Assembly: GCA_964016885.1 (NCBI GenBank)
Contig: OZ024754.1
Span: forward strand, 27,652,001 to 27,716,000
Length of the DNA: 64,000 nucleotides
Origin: Eledone cirrhosa
Taxonomy: Eukaryota
Direction of reading: 5' to 3'
Below the pieces are notes generated by a model that worked only from the letters and a program-made list of their open reading frames with translations, had not been told where the DNA came from and did not search any database. Position numbers and translations under genes: made by a program. Below are positions 25,063-38,582 of the stretch, one piece after another. Position 1 is the first letter of the stretch; every line of letters starts with the position of its first letter.

Positions 25063-25601
25063 AATTTATATATAATATACATATATATATATATATATTG
25101 TGAGAGGATGAAAGCATGACTGTACATGTATGGTTGTATGTATAGTATATATAGTGAGAGAGAAGCGGGGGGGGGGGGCGTTGTTCATGAGAGAAATATA
25201 AGCCGGTATGTTATATCAAAATATTTTCACAATCCTCACACTTAATAGATTTCATTTGCACATCTCCTGGTGTGAGTGCACCACTCAACTTTAATATAGT
25301 TGATGTTGCCACAACATCTAGTAGATTGTTGTTTAGTCATAGCATTATGTATAATGCATTAGGTTGACTTCCATTAATGCTGCTTTGTTTCGATAAAAGG
25401 ATTAAACAAAATGCATAACACACAATCACAGTAACGTGGTAGTATTTCTTTTATGAAACTCTTTTCTTTACTGTGTTTTCATCCTATTATATCTGCAAGC
25501 AAATGAGCAAGACACGACATCATTAATTATCTACTATACGTAATATAACTATGTAGCTATAATATCTATCCATCTATGTATCTGTATATCTATCTATCAA
25601 A

Positions 25602-25711
<110 letters not shown>

Positions 25712-25840
25712 AGATAAATCTACCAAAATATACGGTAGTGTCCAATCCGTATGAAGAACTCAATGTAATCCAAATATCATGAAAAGAGAAGATGTATTCA
25801 AAATTTTTCCGATGAAAAACACAGGAAAACAGAGTCAAGA

Positions 25841-26216
25841 TAAATTAATAAAAATAATGAATAAAAAAAAAGAAACAGTTCCTTATATTAAAAAAATCAT
25901 CATTTTACGATCGTTTCTAGGATATATATGTGTGTGTTGGTATGTATATCATATTGATCTATGTAAAATGTTTACAAACTATCAGAGGGAATATACATAC
26001 CTACACATATATATACTGTCTTCAGAAATAATTATTTCAGAAGACAGCATATATATGTGTAGGTATATATATTCCCTCTGATAGTCTGTAAAAATTTTAC
26101 AGAGATCTATATGATATACATACCAACACACACATATATATCCTAGAAACGATCGTAAAATGATGAATTTTTAATATAAGGAACTGTTTCTGTGTTTTTA
26201 TTCATTATTTTTATTA

Positions 26217-26221
<5 letters not shown>
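25841..26221. repeat. ~380-bp spacerless palindrome carrying two back-to-back HHR motifs with long stem II
   Basis: Axis gaaataa|ttatttc at 26031/26032; minus arm tattt-CTGAAGA-(~100 nt)-GAAA-cgatcg-TA-aaatg at 25901-26030; plus arm 26033-26162 has CAGAAGA; arms differ at several positions. Confidence 0.85.
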
Positions 26222-26251
<30 letters not shown>

Positions 26252-26664
26252 CGAAACATAAGTCAATTGCATGAACTCATAATCCTTTATTTACTGTTAT
26301 ATATATTTCGATGATAGCCATTGAATGGCTATGACATCGTCAGTTCTTAGATATGCCAGCTCTGTGTTTATGGTGTTGATGGTATCAGAGCCTTGGGACA
26401 TATGAGGTTGTTAGGAATAATTTAATGTTGTCAGCAGGAATAGTCTTAATTCTCATTGGTCAAAAGTTGTATATATATATATTATATACAACTTTTAAAT
26501 ATTTCTGCGAGTGTCACTTTCGGAAGTGGACATGTTTAAACGAAGCTAGACGATGGATTAGGTGTTAAGAACAACTTTATTTTCCAACCAACCCCATCAG
26601 TCCTGCAGCCGTCGAAACGGCTCGAGCTCTGCCGTCGGGGTCTTGAACATTTTCATATATATAT

Positions 26665-26732
26665 ATAGCGACAATGGAGGACAGAGAGCGCTAGGGAGAA
26701 TTCGTCTATGTATCTCGGGAATTCTACCCGCC

Positions 26733-26735
<3 letters not shown>
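26665..26735 (+). mobile_element. Short RTE 3'-end fragment
   Basis: Similar to the reverse complement of 62651-62718 (3' end of the RTE remnant); ends in (TA)n. Confidence 0.5.
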
Positions 26736-26781
<46 letters not shown>

Positions 26782-26858
26782 GTAGGTCCCGGGTTGAGTC
26801 GGGGATAACCACAGTAAGTAAGGTACTCAATACATGGCAGCGTAAAATTTTTTTATTT

Positions 26859-26967
26859 TATAGAAGGAACTTCTACAGGACTAGTACTGTTTCATTCAGA
26901 TGAAATCTTCAGGAAGCTTCCTGAAGATTTCATCTGAATGAAACAGTACTAGTCCTGTAGAAGTTCC

Positions 26968-26974
<7 letters not shown>
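26859..26974. repeat. Perfect 116-bp palindrome consisting of two back-to-back hammerhead ribozymes
   Basis: Axis gaag|cttc at 26916/26917; every base of 26861-26916 mirrors 26917-26972. Confidence 0.9.
26915..26965 (+). ncRNA. Type I hammerhead ribozyme (mirror copy on minus strand 26868-26918)
   Basis: agcttc-CTGAAGA-t ttca tc tgaa t-GAA-ACAG tactagtc CTGT-A-gaagtt; GUA triplet; degenerate relatives at ~3488-3530 (-) and ~53408-53451 (+). Confidence 0.85.
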
Positions 26975-27023
<49 letters not shown>

Positions 27024-27224
27024 TTGTGTGTGTATGTGTGCGTATATATATACATAATACATATGTATATATATATATATTCATATACAGAGAAGCATAT
27101 ATACACACCATACTGCCGTGTCTGTCTTGCATATTTTATATTCAAATGTATGGATTATATCACCATCGAATTCTCAAACGGGACAGTCAATCTATCTATC
27201 TCTCTCTCTCTATATATATATATA

Positions 27225-27332
<108 letters not shown>

Positions 27333-27360
27333 ATATGTATGTATATATATATATATATAT

Positions 27361-27415
27361 ATGTAAGTATGTATGTATACGTACATACATATATGTATAC
27401 AGACGTACAGTAGCA

Positions 27416-27482
<67 letters not shown>

Positions 27483-27953
27483 GCATACAGGTACACATAC
27501 ATATATGCACGCATCAGTTTAGCCGACGTTTATTATAACGCAGCTTTGTTCGCTTGTTTGTCAACAAATCGAACAGCCTGGATTTATGCCATACGGTGTT
27601 AAGGCAACCACGTCACCTTTTTGTTCAACACTGACACAGGAACGATGTACTAGTTTCAAGCTTGTTAGCTATCATCAGCACCGTTTACCCATCTGCCAGA
27701 TAGTTGAACGTTCGAAAGTATATACTTTCCTTATGAAAATTAACGGCTGAGCAGCCTAATTTGCATATTGAGTGAGTTAAATCGGTCAGGCATACCGAAA
27801 ACGACAAGTTGAAAAAAAATGAAAACGAAATTTCATTTCTCACTCTTAGTATGGCACTTACTTAAATGTAAGTATGTATGTATACGTACATACATATATG
27901 TAAGTGCCATACTAAGAGTGAGAAATGAAATTTCGTTTTCATTTTTTTTTCAA

Positions 27954-27956
<3 letters not shown>
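27361..27956 (-). mobile_element. Family A HHR repeat, just over one unit plus short terminal inversion; HHR at 27641-27685 (-)
   Basis: atgtaagtatgtatgtatacgtacatacatatatg at 27361 and 27866 (terminal redundancy); 27901-27956 inverts 27807-27862; HHR identical to 2112-2156. Confidence 0.85.
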
Positions 27957-28015
<59 letters not shown>

Positions 28016-28329
28016 CATATACATATGTGTGTATGTATAAATAGTTGTAGAAAGACACTCTAAATAACAGTGACAATAGCTGAAGTAATGTTTGCTATTG
28101 AAATTCAAATGTCTACAAATCCATTCAATCGTTCCATTGTTTTTCATTGTCAGCCATTCCACAGTATTGAACATTTTCTAATGTCAATCACTTACTGCGC
28201 AACAAAACACACATGCAATATTACACACAACCAGATGCATACGTATATACGCACACAGACACACATAATATCTATATATTAAACTCACATTCACATGCAT
28301 TCATACACACAATTGTGTGCCACTCCTGA

Positions 28330-28990
28330 CTGATTTTTTTCCCGCCGGATTATACTCAAACACCAATGATTCATCTGTTATTACTTTATCCAAGAAATTT
28401 GGCTCAATTTCAGGTCTTTCTCGCGAATGCTGACAAATTTTCAACCGGTTCACATTTTGTTACACAGACATGGGTTTAGGCACTAGCGTTGTAGAAACGA
28501 TCTGCTAAAATTCTGTCAACTGCATATTTATCCACACCCGTTTCGTGAGCAATCATCCTAAAACTTAATCAACGATTTTTCGTCATCACCGCTTGCACAG
28601 ATTCCATATTTTATTCATTTGTTCATGAGATTGGTCAACCAGAACAAAGCTCGTCTCCAACATTTTTCGGTCCTCTATGAAAGCGTTGCGCTAGCTAAAA
28701 ATTTCACTTCTTGATAGAGTGGCATCTTCACAAGGTTGTGTTAAAGAATTTCGGTGGCAGATTTATTGAGTTTCACACAAAATCAAGTACCTTTTTGTTC
28801 GATATGTTCCTGCATCGCAAACGTAAGAGAGGTTTTAAACAGAATAACTCACGACTGACTCAATCAGTCATGTTGGAGCAAGTACGAACGTGCAGCCAAG
28901 GTTATACTCGACGCTTGTATATACATCAACGAGGTGTTTCCTTATCATGTCGTACATAGGAAAATCAGTACTTTCAGTTTTTGACAAACC
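28330..28990 (-). mobile_element. Decayed Tc1/mariner transposase 5' half
   Basis: Minus strand fragments ENVGDELCSG.P.S.TNE.NMESVQAV (HTH linker) and NFLDKVITDESLVFEYNP (first catalytic Asp region); many stops and frameshifts. Confidence 0.6.
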
Positions 28991-29296
28991 ATATATATAT
29001 ATATATAAATACATTATTGGAGGTAGCTAAAAGCGATCCTCCGGCCAAATCCCAACTCACTCAAAAAGCATTAGGAAATAAGTGAGTATATTCTTAATTA
29101 AACGATCGGGGTGCCAACTAATTGTATTGTGTGGAAAATTGGCTGTATCATTTCATATATATTATACATGTGTGTGTTTGCTATTTCATACAATATTTTG
29201 TAGTTTGAGCAAGACGTATGTGCATCATGTGATATTCGTCTTGACAGAAACTATCGTTGTCTTGCGACACTTTTGTTCAACTTGATGAGTTTCACT

Positions 29297-29344
<48 letters not shown>

Positions 29345-29347
<3 letters not shown>

Positions 29348-29534
29348 TGTTTCTACATTAGGCACAAAGCCAGCAATTACCCAGTGCATTACTGGTACTT
29401 TATTTTATCGACCCTGTAAGGATGAAAGGCAAAGTTAACCTCGGCGGGATTTGAACTCAGAATGGAAAGGGCCGTAACTCTATGCTGCAAAGCATGGCGT
29501 CAGACCCTCTAACGATTCTGCCAAGTCACCGCCC
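29345..29534 (-). mobile_element. Full-length tRNA-derived SINE with Nin/Deu-like core and (ATT)n tail
   Basis: Minus strand: ggcggtgacttggcagaatcgttag (A box), gagttcaaatccc (B box), gcctttcatccttacagggtcgataaaataaagtaccag core, tail into (att)n 29297-29347. Confidence 0.85.
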
Positions 29535-29537
29535 TTT

Positions 29538-29586
<49 letters not shown>

Positions 29587-32500
29587 TTTTCTTTATTAAC
29601 CACAAGGGTTCACATAAAGTAGACATTAAGGACAGTACAGGACAATACAGGACGGTACAAATGGGCATTTCTGCGTGTAAAAAAACAGAGGTTGAAATAA
29701 AATAACAAAGAAAAATTCCCCAATAGGGAGGAGACTTCCAAGGGACATTTGTGGAGAAAGCCCATTAAAAGACCACAGTGGCCCTGACCACCAGGGCAAG
29801 TGCCCTCTCCCAGTTTTCCACCTTTAATTTACAGACACATACTCAGAGAAGGCCCATTCATTCGGGCCATACTTGCTTCTCTCACCCATCTTTCAACAAA
29901 ATGCTGGGAAGAGAGCACTTCCCTCTCTACCCTGATTTTCCTTTTCAAATGAAATTTGAAAAAGTTAATCAGGGCATCACCGAAGAGGTAAGTGCTCGTC
30001 TTCAGCCCTTTCAAACGTGTCCACCATACTATCTCTTTCGCCATGGCCACCAGACAGATTAAAACTGCCTGTCCTTCCCGGCTAAAGGAAGAGGGCGGGG
30101 CAATCCTCACGATGGACTCAGCTGATAGCTGGATCCGTCCTACACGTGACAGCAGGTGTTCGACATAAACCCACAAGTCAGCAATGCTCGGACACTGGAC
30201 GAGTGCGTGCAGGACGGTTTCATCGCCCTGCGCGCATCTCGGACATGCCCGACTGACGGCACCTCCAAGCCTGTAGGGTTTATCCCGAACTGGCAAAGCT
30301 CCTCGGTAGCACTGCCAGGCCAGGGATTTCTGGAAGTTGTCCATAGGCCCCGGCCCGAAAGTCTTTCCGAAGAGATTGGCTAGTTGATTTTCGTCGACGC
30401 CTAGAGTTTCTCCAAGTACGTCGTCGCTCTTCCCCTCCACTAATCCCCTATAGAACGCCAAGGTGGAGTTTCCACCGATCACATTGCCCGATTGGTCGAG
30501 GGCTGTGAGCGCCTGAAGACATTCCAGTCTTCAAGCGCTCCTTCTCGGTCTTTGCTTGACCCAGGACTGCAGCTCCGTCAAGGAGACGAGCTGGGGAAAG
30601 ACGTGTCTAGCAAACGGCGACCACACCTGATCACCGTGGAGGAAGAGGTGGAGATGTCATAGCCTGAGCGCGTGTCTGCGCATCATCAGCCACGGCATGC
30701 CCAGCCCTCCACGTAGCGGGTGTTGACAGCAGATGGACCGCCTGACCATCGGAGCGCGTTCCTTCCATAAAAAAGCGAAAGAGCAAACGCTCGAGCGCAG
30801 TCAGGCGGGGCTTAGGACAAGGTACGACGATCAGGCGGTAGTAGATGACGGACGCGATGTACGCGTTAGCCACCTCCGCTCGACCTTTCAGGGATAGCTT
30901 CCTCTCCGCCCATTTCTGGGTGAGAGAAGCCACCCTGCTCGTCACCTCGTCCCAGTTTTTGTCCGTCTGGAGGTCCGGACCGAACCAGACCCCTAGCAAT
31001 TTAACCGGTCCGTCCGTCCAGCGCCCGACGACGCTGTTGGACGGCATGGACCTGCCTCTCCAGGTGCCGAGCTGCAGGCCCACTGACTTTTCCTGGTTGA
31101 TCATTGCTCCTGTCACCGCTTTGTATTCTCTTAGTGTAGTGTCGATCGCCTCGATGTGTTTGGCGTTCGACACCACTACGGTTCCGAAAGGTGACCGTTC
31201 ACTCTCACCACAGAGCAGATGTCGCTGTGCATGACAGCGATCCAGCCTCTCAAGACGGGCCCAAAGCCAGCCGCCCTCAGGACTGCCGCTAGGTAACGAT
31301 GGTCGACCCTATCGAAAGCTTTCGACTGATCTAAATTGATCAAGGACCCAACCGTGCCAGGTTCCCTAGCAACACTCTCTACGATGTATCGCATGAGGTG
31401 GAGGTTGTCGTGAATGGATCTGTCGGGAATTGCGCACGTCTGCGCCTCTCCCACCATACCACCAAAGACAAGCGCCAACCTCTTTGCTAGCACCTTGGCC
31501 AAAATCTTGAACTCTGTGTTTATCAGAGTTATGGGCCTGAAATTATCTGTGTCATCCCCCTTGTTCGGATCCTTTCTCAGCAGCGCCACAGCTCCTCGAC
31601 TCACAGATCTGGGAATTCTCCCGTTCTGTTGCCAGTTGCAGTAGACGTCCGCCAAGAGGCCTCCGAACAGGTCTGGCATCTGTACGTAAAGTTCATAGGG
31701 CAGACCATCCAAACCAGGCGATTTACAACTTGTGCAGCCAGTCATTGCCTCCCGTACTTCAGCGGCTGTTATCGGCTTTTCGCAACACTTCGCCTCAGTG
31801 GCCGAGAGCCGCGGCACCCGTCGAGGTAGACACTACAGTCCATCCCTTGATCCGGCCCGCCGCTGCCCCCGAACAGCTGTGCGAAGTGTCGCTGAAAATC
31901 TTCACTCATTTCCCCGGGATCGAGTAGCATGCGCCCGTCGTGGTCCACTAAAGACCGGATCGTGGCTTTGTTGCCACGACGCACCTCCGCCACTCGGGCC
32001 CATTGAACGGCTTTCGTCCCCTCGTGTCTGAGAGCACGCACCCTAGCTCTGACAACGCAGCCTTTGTGCTTTGTATTGAAGAATTGGTAAAGGGCCAATT
32101 TCGCCGCAAGTACGTCGGTCGCGATGCCTTTGCTAAGCGCCTCGTCTAATTTTCTAACTAATTCTCCCTCTGCTCTATTTTTCTCTATTGCTAAAGCCTT
32201 ACTAAAACTAATGGACTCTATTCTAATTGCTCTTTTACGAGCAAACCACCACTTGTTGTTGACGATGGCCCCCGTCAACGCTCGCTTAACTAGTTCGCTA
32301 ATCTGGTCTCTGTAGGCCTTTCGCGCTGGTAAGGACGCGTTTAGCTTCCAGTAGCCGGATCCTCGTCTATGAAGCCTATCTAAGTCAAGCACACAGATCA
32401 CGAATTTGTGGTCCGTGTAGCTGACTATCTTGAATAGTGGACAGCCTATGCTAGACCTATCTCTTTCCCTACAAAATACTCTATCTAGATATGATCTGGA

Positions 32501-35100
32501 TGACCCTATGCGATTTGTCCAAGTCCACATTGGTACATTCGGGAAATCCAATCGGTACCTGTCAGACAGTTCAAAACGCCTGAGCAGGTTGGTGAGACTC
32601 TTGCACCCTCCTCCCCTATCCACTATTCCCACACTGTCCCAGCGTGCATCTAAGATCCCGTTCTAGTCGCCCACTAACACTAAAGAGCGGAACGTTCCAA
32701 GAAAGGTCTCCAGACGCCGGAAGAAATCAGGCCGCCCTGCTCCTGTCGGGACATAGACGGCCACTAATCTGAAAGCTTGACCGTCTCCGCTGGTCACGTC
32801 CAGCACCACCAACTTACCTTCTGGGTCCAGGAAGATGGCCCGTATGGCGAGATCCAAACCTCTCCGAAAAAGCACAGCAACTCTTCCCCCCGATCCCGGG
32901 CGGCTGGGAGATGCGTACACATCGTAGCCGCCGAAGATCGGTGCGAAGGCCCGTGCTTCGGAGATTCTAGTCTCGCTGATGGCCACTACATCTATGTTTA
33001 GTGACCTGAGATCGTTGAGCAGGTGGCCCTGCTTCCATGACGACCCCAAGCCACGCGCATTTATGCTGCCTATTCTGAATGAGGTCATGTTGAAAAGGAG
33101 TGGAAAAGATGGGAAAGACCACTTACCTTACTTCTCGTTGAGGAAGGATGGTTTATCCATCCTTTTCACTGATTGTGGCCTCCTCCGGAAGGATGTCCTT
33201 ATAAATCCTCCTGGAGAGTGTTTGTCGGAAGTCTCCGATGTCTTTGGGGAATTTTTGATTTAGTGTCGTGTACGTTTTCTGTGTGATGCGAGTGATTTGT
33301 ATGTGTGGAGGTGGTGTGAACTTTTGGGTTGTTGTGTAGTCTTTTTCTGTGATGCTGGTGTTGTGTTGGATGTAGTGTAATATTTGGTTGTTGTTCAAAT
33401 TTAATGCTGTGTAGTGTGTATCGTTTTGGTTGTTTTGTTTTGTTTGCGTTTGTTGTGGGTTTGTATCTGTTTCGCTTTTTGGTGACTTTTGTGGTATTAG
33501 TGATGGTGGTGTTGGGGTTAATGATGGTGTTGGTGCTTGTGATGATGGGGTTGGTGGTGGCATATCTGTCCTAACTTTTTTGTTTGATAGTTTATTTGTT
33601 TCCCTCTGTATTTTGTTTTTGGAGGGGGAAGGAAGATAATTTTTTTCTTTTTTGGTTTCTTTTTTTCGTTTTCCTGATACCGTTTCCCACTCCTCGTCGT
33701 CACAATCTGTCTCCAGTTGTGATAGGCCGGGGAGTGGAAAATCCTCCACAGGCGTTGGTTTTGGTTGTGGCGTGGTGGATGGTGTAGGTTCTGGCGCGTT
33801 GGGTGGTGGTGGTGTTGGTTTTGCTACTGTTGCTGGGGTTGTTGCTGTTACAGTTGCTTCTGTTGTTGCTGCTACAGTTGTTGCTGCCATCTCTGCTGCT
33901 GGTGGTGTTGATGGTTGAGTCACTGGTGTGGGTAAGAGAGGTGGCCTCAACCTTTTAGACTGAGGGCAGAAAGCCCTTAGGTGGGTTCCTTCACCACAAA
34001 CGACACACCTAGAGCTTCTGCCCTCGACGATTACGGTGAGGTGGCTGCCGTCAGTGAGGTCTATTACCTCTGGGATCTCCTCAATTTTTGATCCGCTTGG
34101 ATCAGGAGCTCCATCCCAGATCCGGACCAGTTCTCCTGCTTTTCTTTCGCTATTTCGATTATCTTGGTGTTGGCTTCGATGCCGGCGAGGACGGCAGCTA
34201 TTAGCCAGGGAGTTTCGATGGCCGGTGGAACGTGGGTCACCCTGATCTTAACGAGTCTCTGGCCACAATAGCTTGGGACGAGTGTGAAGTCGTCACTTCT
34301 TAATGGGGTCATGGTGTGTTCTCTAGCTTCCTGTGGTGTTTCAAAGAACACGTCTACGGTTCCATATTTCTGCCCACGTCTGATGTGGGTTTTTTTTGCC
34401 CACACATGTCCTAAATTTTTGGATTTGGGACTCGGATGCCCGTTCCACTCGGCGCGATTTTATATTAATTGTTCGATAAGACACGGTGCATAGGCGCCGA
34501 TGCTCCATTTTATTAAGTGGGGCGTGAGGCTGACCCTGTACCCATCTTTCTTTAACATTTTTTTGGCTTCTTCTAATTCCTCCTGAGTTACCTGAAATGC
34601 TTCGCACTGTTTAGCTACTCTGGCAAAACTCAGGGTGGTTTTCTTAATGTCATTGTTGCTGTTGTTGTTATCGTTATTTTTGTTATTATTAATTTTAGTT
34701 TCAGTTGTGGTGGTGGTGGTGGCGTCAGTGGTGTTCGGTGTGGAAGAGTTCATTTTGGTTGAATTCATTTCGATATCACGAGTTAATTTATTTTTTTCTT
34801 TTGTTTTTGTTGTCGCGGTGGTGGTGGTGGTGGTGGTGGTGGCGGCTTTAACACCTGCAGTCATTGGTAATGGCGGGAAATGAATGTCTGCCTGAGACAA
34901 ATTTAAAATATTGCTAGTGCTTATATGTTTTTTAGTGTTGGCAAACGGAGTAACATTTACAATGGTGGTGTCGGTGTGAGGTGTTAGTTTGTGAGAAAGG
35001 AGTGACTCTGAGTCAGCCATAATTTTTCAAAGAAAACTTTTTTTTGGATAATTATAAAAGTTTAAAATTTGGGCTCAAGGCCCCAATCTTTTTGGGTGTC
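29587..35100 (-). mobile_element. Near full-length, frameshifted L1/Tx1-type LINE
   Basis: ORF1 pieces 35020-33153 with a CVVCGEGTHLRAFC knuckle (~33965-34010); ORF2 pieces 33088-29829: APE (SINARGL, AISETR, YLDRVF, YTDH), RT (KSPGLDGLPYELY, NFRPITLIN, LDQSKAFDRVDH), zf-RVT (CPRC..ETVLHALVQCP); aataaa near 3' end. Confidence 0.9.
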
Positions 35101-35234
35101 CTTTTCAGATAACAATGTATGTGCACTTATATACAGTTAACAATAAAAATGTTCCATGAATGGCAATTTTAAATAACTGAAAATAACAAACCTTTGCGGA
35201 GCTCACGATGATACGATTTACTACGTAGGTCGCC

Positions 35235-35283
<49 letters not shown>

Positions 35284-35287
<4 letters not shown>

Positions 35288-36540
35288 AGGAATTGTTAAG
35301 AACTGAATACATTCGGAGAGTAAGGAGCGTATTGAAGTCACATCTGAACAGCAGAAATGCCATAAGCGCAGTAAATTCCCGAGCTGTGTCTATTATTAGG
35401 TACAGTGCGGGAATTCTGAGATGGAATGTTGCTGAACAAAAAGAAATGGATAGGAAGACTAGGAAGCTATTGACTATCTACAACATGTTCCACAAGAGGA
35501 GTGATGTCGATAGACTCTACCTAAGGAGATCTGAGGGTGGAAGTGGTCTTATCAGCATAGAGGACTGTGTTCAGATGGAGAAAAACAACCTATACAAATA
35601 CGTGACCTATAGTAAGGAGCCAATGCTCAGAGCTGTACTGAAGGAGGGGACAGTAGGCCAGGGGATATCCAAGGAGGAAATAACATCAAGGAGGAAGAGC
35701 AGCCTTAAGGGAAAATCCCTTCATAGTACCTTCTTTGAGAAAACTGAATTTAGAGATCCACAGACATGGAACTGGTTGAGAAGAGGAGACCTCAAAAAGG
35801 CTACAGAAGGAATGCTAATGGCTGCGCAGGAGCAGGCCCTCAAAACGAAGTGGTTGAAGCACCATATCTACAAGGAGGAGGCTAGCCCACTGTGCAGGAT
35901 CTGTGGAGAGAGAGAGGAGACTGTGGCTCACATTGTGTCCGAGTGTAAACACCTAGCCCAGACCCACTATAAGGGCTGGAGACACGATGTGATGGGCAGG
36001 GTGATCCACTGGCACCTGTGCAAAGTAAACAATCTACCACATTCTGAGAAATGGTATGAGCATAGGCCAGAGGCGGTGATGGAGAACAGTCAGGTGAAGG
36101 TGCTGTGGGATTTTAGGATACAGACGGACAAAAAACTGGAACACAATAGACCTGACCTGGTGGTTGTGGACAAAGAAAAAAGATCGTGCCTGATTGTGGA
36201 TGTGGCCTGCCCGTTCGACACGAGAGTGCAAGAGAAGGAGAGGGAGAAAATTAACCGATACCAGGACCTAAAGTGGGAGGTGAAAAGGATTTGGAACTGC
36301 CATGAAGTCAAAGTGATCCCGATTGTCATAGGCGCACTGGGGACTATCTCCAAAGGTTTCCAGGGATGGTTAAAGAAAATCGGCCCCTTCACGCTTTTTG
36401 GAACGCTTCAAAAGGCATGCTTGCTTGGAACGGCAAGAACCCTCCGATACGTCCTGAATATCTGAGGCTGCAGGTAGTGGCTTGATATTCAATCCAACGG
36501 ACTTTCCAGTTAACCAACATCAATGACTGAGATTCAAGGA
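35284..36540 (+). mobile_element. 5'-truncated Dong/R4-clade non-LTR element (copy 1); open 393-aa C-terminal frame
   Basis: RLYLRRSEGGSGL, CRICGEREETVAHIVSEC, RHD, RPDLVVVD..IVDVACPFD..EKINRYQDL restriction-like endonuclease; flanked by (AAT)n on both sides. Confidence 0.9.
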
Positions 36541-36579
36541 ATAACAATAACAATAATAATAATAATAATAATAATAATA

Positions 36580-38386
36580 GGGTGACTCTTTATCACCGCT
36601 TTTATTCTGCATCGCGCTTATACCATTAAGTAAAATGCTCAATGAAACAAAACATGGATATAAAGTCTATGACAAAACCATTAATCACTTGTTCTACATG
36701 GATGACCTGAAACTATTTGCAAAAAATGATGAACAATTGCAAGGGCTATTATCCACTGTGGAGCAGTGATGACATTAAAATGGAGTTTGGACTGGATAAA
36801 TGCGCCAAAGCAACGTTCACCAGAGGAAAGCTGCTGAAGAGTTCAGACATTAATCTTGATCGGAGGAATGTGATAAGAGAACTTGATCAAGAAAAAATTC
36901 ACAAATATCTAGGTATTTGTGAAGGAGACGGAATCAAGCACTCGACAATGAGGGAAAGGATAAGGAAGGAATGTTACCGCAGAGTAAGAGCAAACTTAAG
37001 AACGGAATTGAATGCAAGGAATAGGATCGATGCCATAAACACGCTTGCCATACCAGTAGTAACCTACAGTTACAATGTCATCAACTGGTCAAACACAGAG
37101 ATCCGTAGGCTCGATACAAAAATTCGAAAATTCTTAACCATGCACAGAATGCATCACCCTAAGGCAGATACAGATAGAATATATCTCCCTAGGAAAGAAG
37201 GAGGACGTGGGTTAATCCAGTTAGACATTGCGTTGAAAACTGCAACAATTGGATTATCTACATATCTAAGGGAATCACATGATTGGATGATCAAACTCGT
37301 TTTGAAACACGAAAGCATCAAAAGATCATACTCCATTACAAAAGATGCACAAAGATACAGTAATGGACTACACATTCCAGAAGTCCCATTTACTGCTGAA
37401 ATGGAAAACACAGAAAAAGCAAAGCAGGTAAAAGTAACTGCAAAGAAAGAACTGCTACAGAAACTGGTTAAGAAATGACAAGAAAAGCCTCTGTATGGAA
37501 AATACCCAGAGCGAGCTAACAATCTTGATGTTGACAAAACTTTAACCCATTAGTGGTTGGCATCCTCTGGACTGAAATCGGAGACTGAAGGACTGATTAT
37601 ATCAGCACAAGATCAGTGTCTGCCAACAAAAAATTACCAAGCCAACATAATAAAAAATGGATGCAGCCCATTATGCCGTGTATGTAAAAAACAACCAGAG
37701 ACCATTGACCATATAATTTCAATGTGCAGTCCTATAGCTCCAACCGAATACCTAAACAGGCATGACAGAGCTGCACAATACATGCATTGGATAATGTGTA
37801 AGCATTTTGACCTGCCCCATCAAAAGAATTAGTGGGAGCATCAACCACCTCCCATACTTGAAAAAGATCACATCTTTAATCTTGTGGAACTTTAGCATCC
37901 AAACAGACCGAAAAATAGATGCAAATAGACGTGATATAATATTGAAGGACTTTAAAAAGAGGGTATGCCTGCTAATTGATATGTCCGTTCCAATAGACAA
38001 GAATGTATCTATAAAAACATTTGAAAAATTGAGCAAGTATAAGGACCTGGAGATAGAAATTGGAAAAATGTGGAAATTGAGAACTAAAACAATACCAGTG
38101 GTTGTAGGCGCTCTGGGAATGATACCTAAGGGGTCTAATGATTACTTATCGCAAATCCCAGGAAACCCGCGTATAGGAGAAATACAAAAGATAGTACTAA
38201 TGGGAACTGCCCATATACTAAGGAAGATTCTGTCAATATAAGTACATCACAAGTCTAAACACTAAAGATGCATGTGTGAGTATGTATGTACTTTCTTGAA
38301 CATGGCGGACCTTGTTGTCTCTTGAGGTCACTGGTTGTGACTTGGTGATAACTCGTATGAACATAAAGCAAGATAAATGCAACTGT
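36580..38386 (+). mobile_element. 5'-truncated Dong/R4-clade element (second family), disrupted
   Basis: GDSLSPLLF, HLFYMDDLKLF, RIYLPRKEGGRGL, CRVCKKQPETIDHIISMC, IDMSVPID..EKLSKYKDL; stops and frameshifts; (AAT)n at both ends. Confidence 0.9.
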
Positions 38387-38398
38387 AATAATAATAAT

Positions 38399-38573
38399 AA
38401 TTGTTTCGACGTATGGCACAAGGCCAGTAATTATCCAGTGCATTAGTGCTACTTTATTTTATCGACCCCGTAAGGATGAAAGTTAACCTCGGCGGGATTT
38501 GAACCCAGAATGGCAAGCGCCGTAACTCTATACGTCAAAGCATGGCGTCCGACCCTCTACCGATACTGCCAAT
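38399..38573 (-). mobile_element. SINE
   Basis: Same family as 29345-29534, tail abuts the 3' end of Dong copy 2. Confidence 0.85.
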
Positions 38574-38582
38574 CATAATAAT

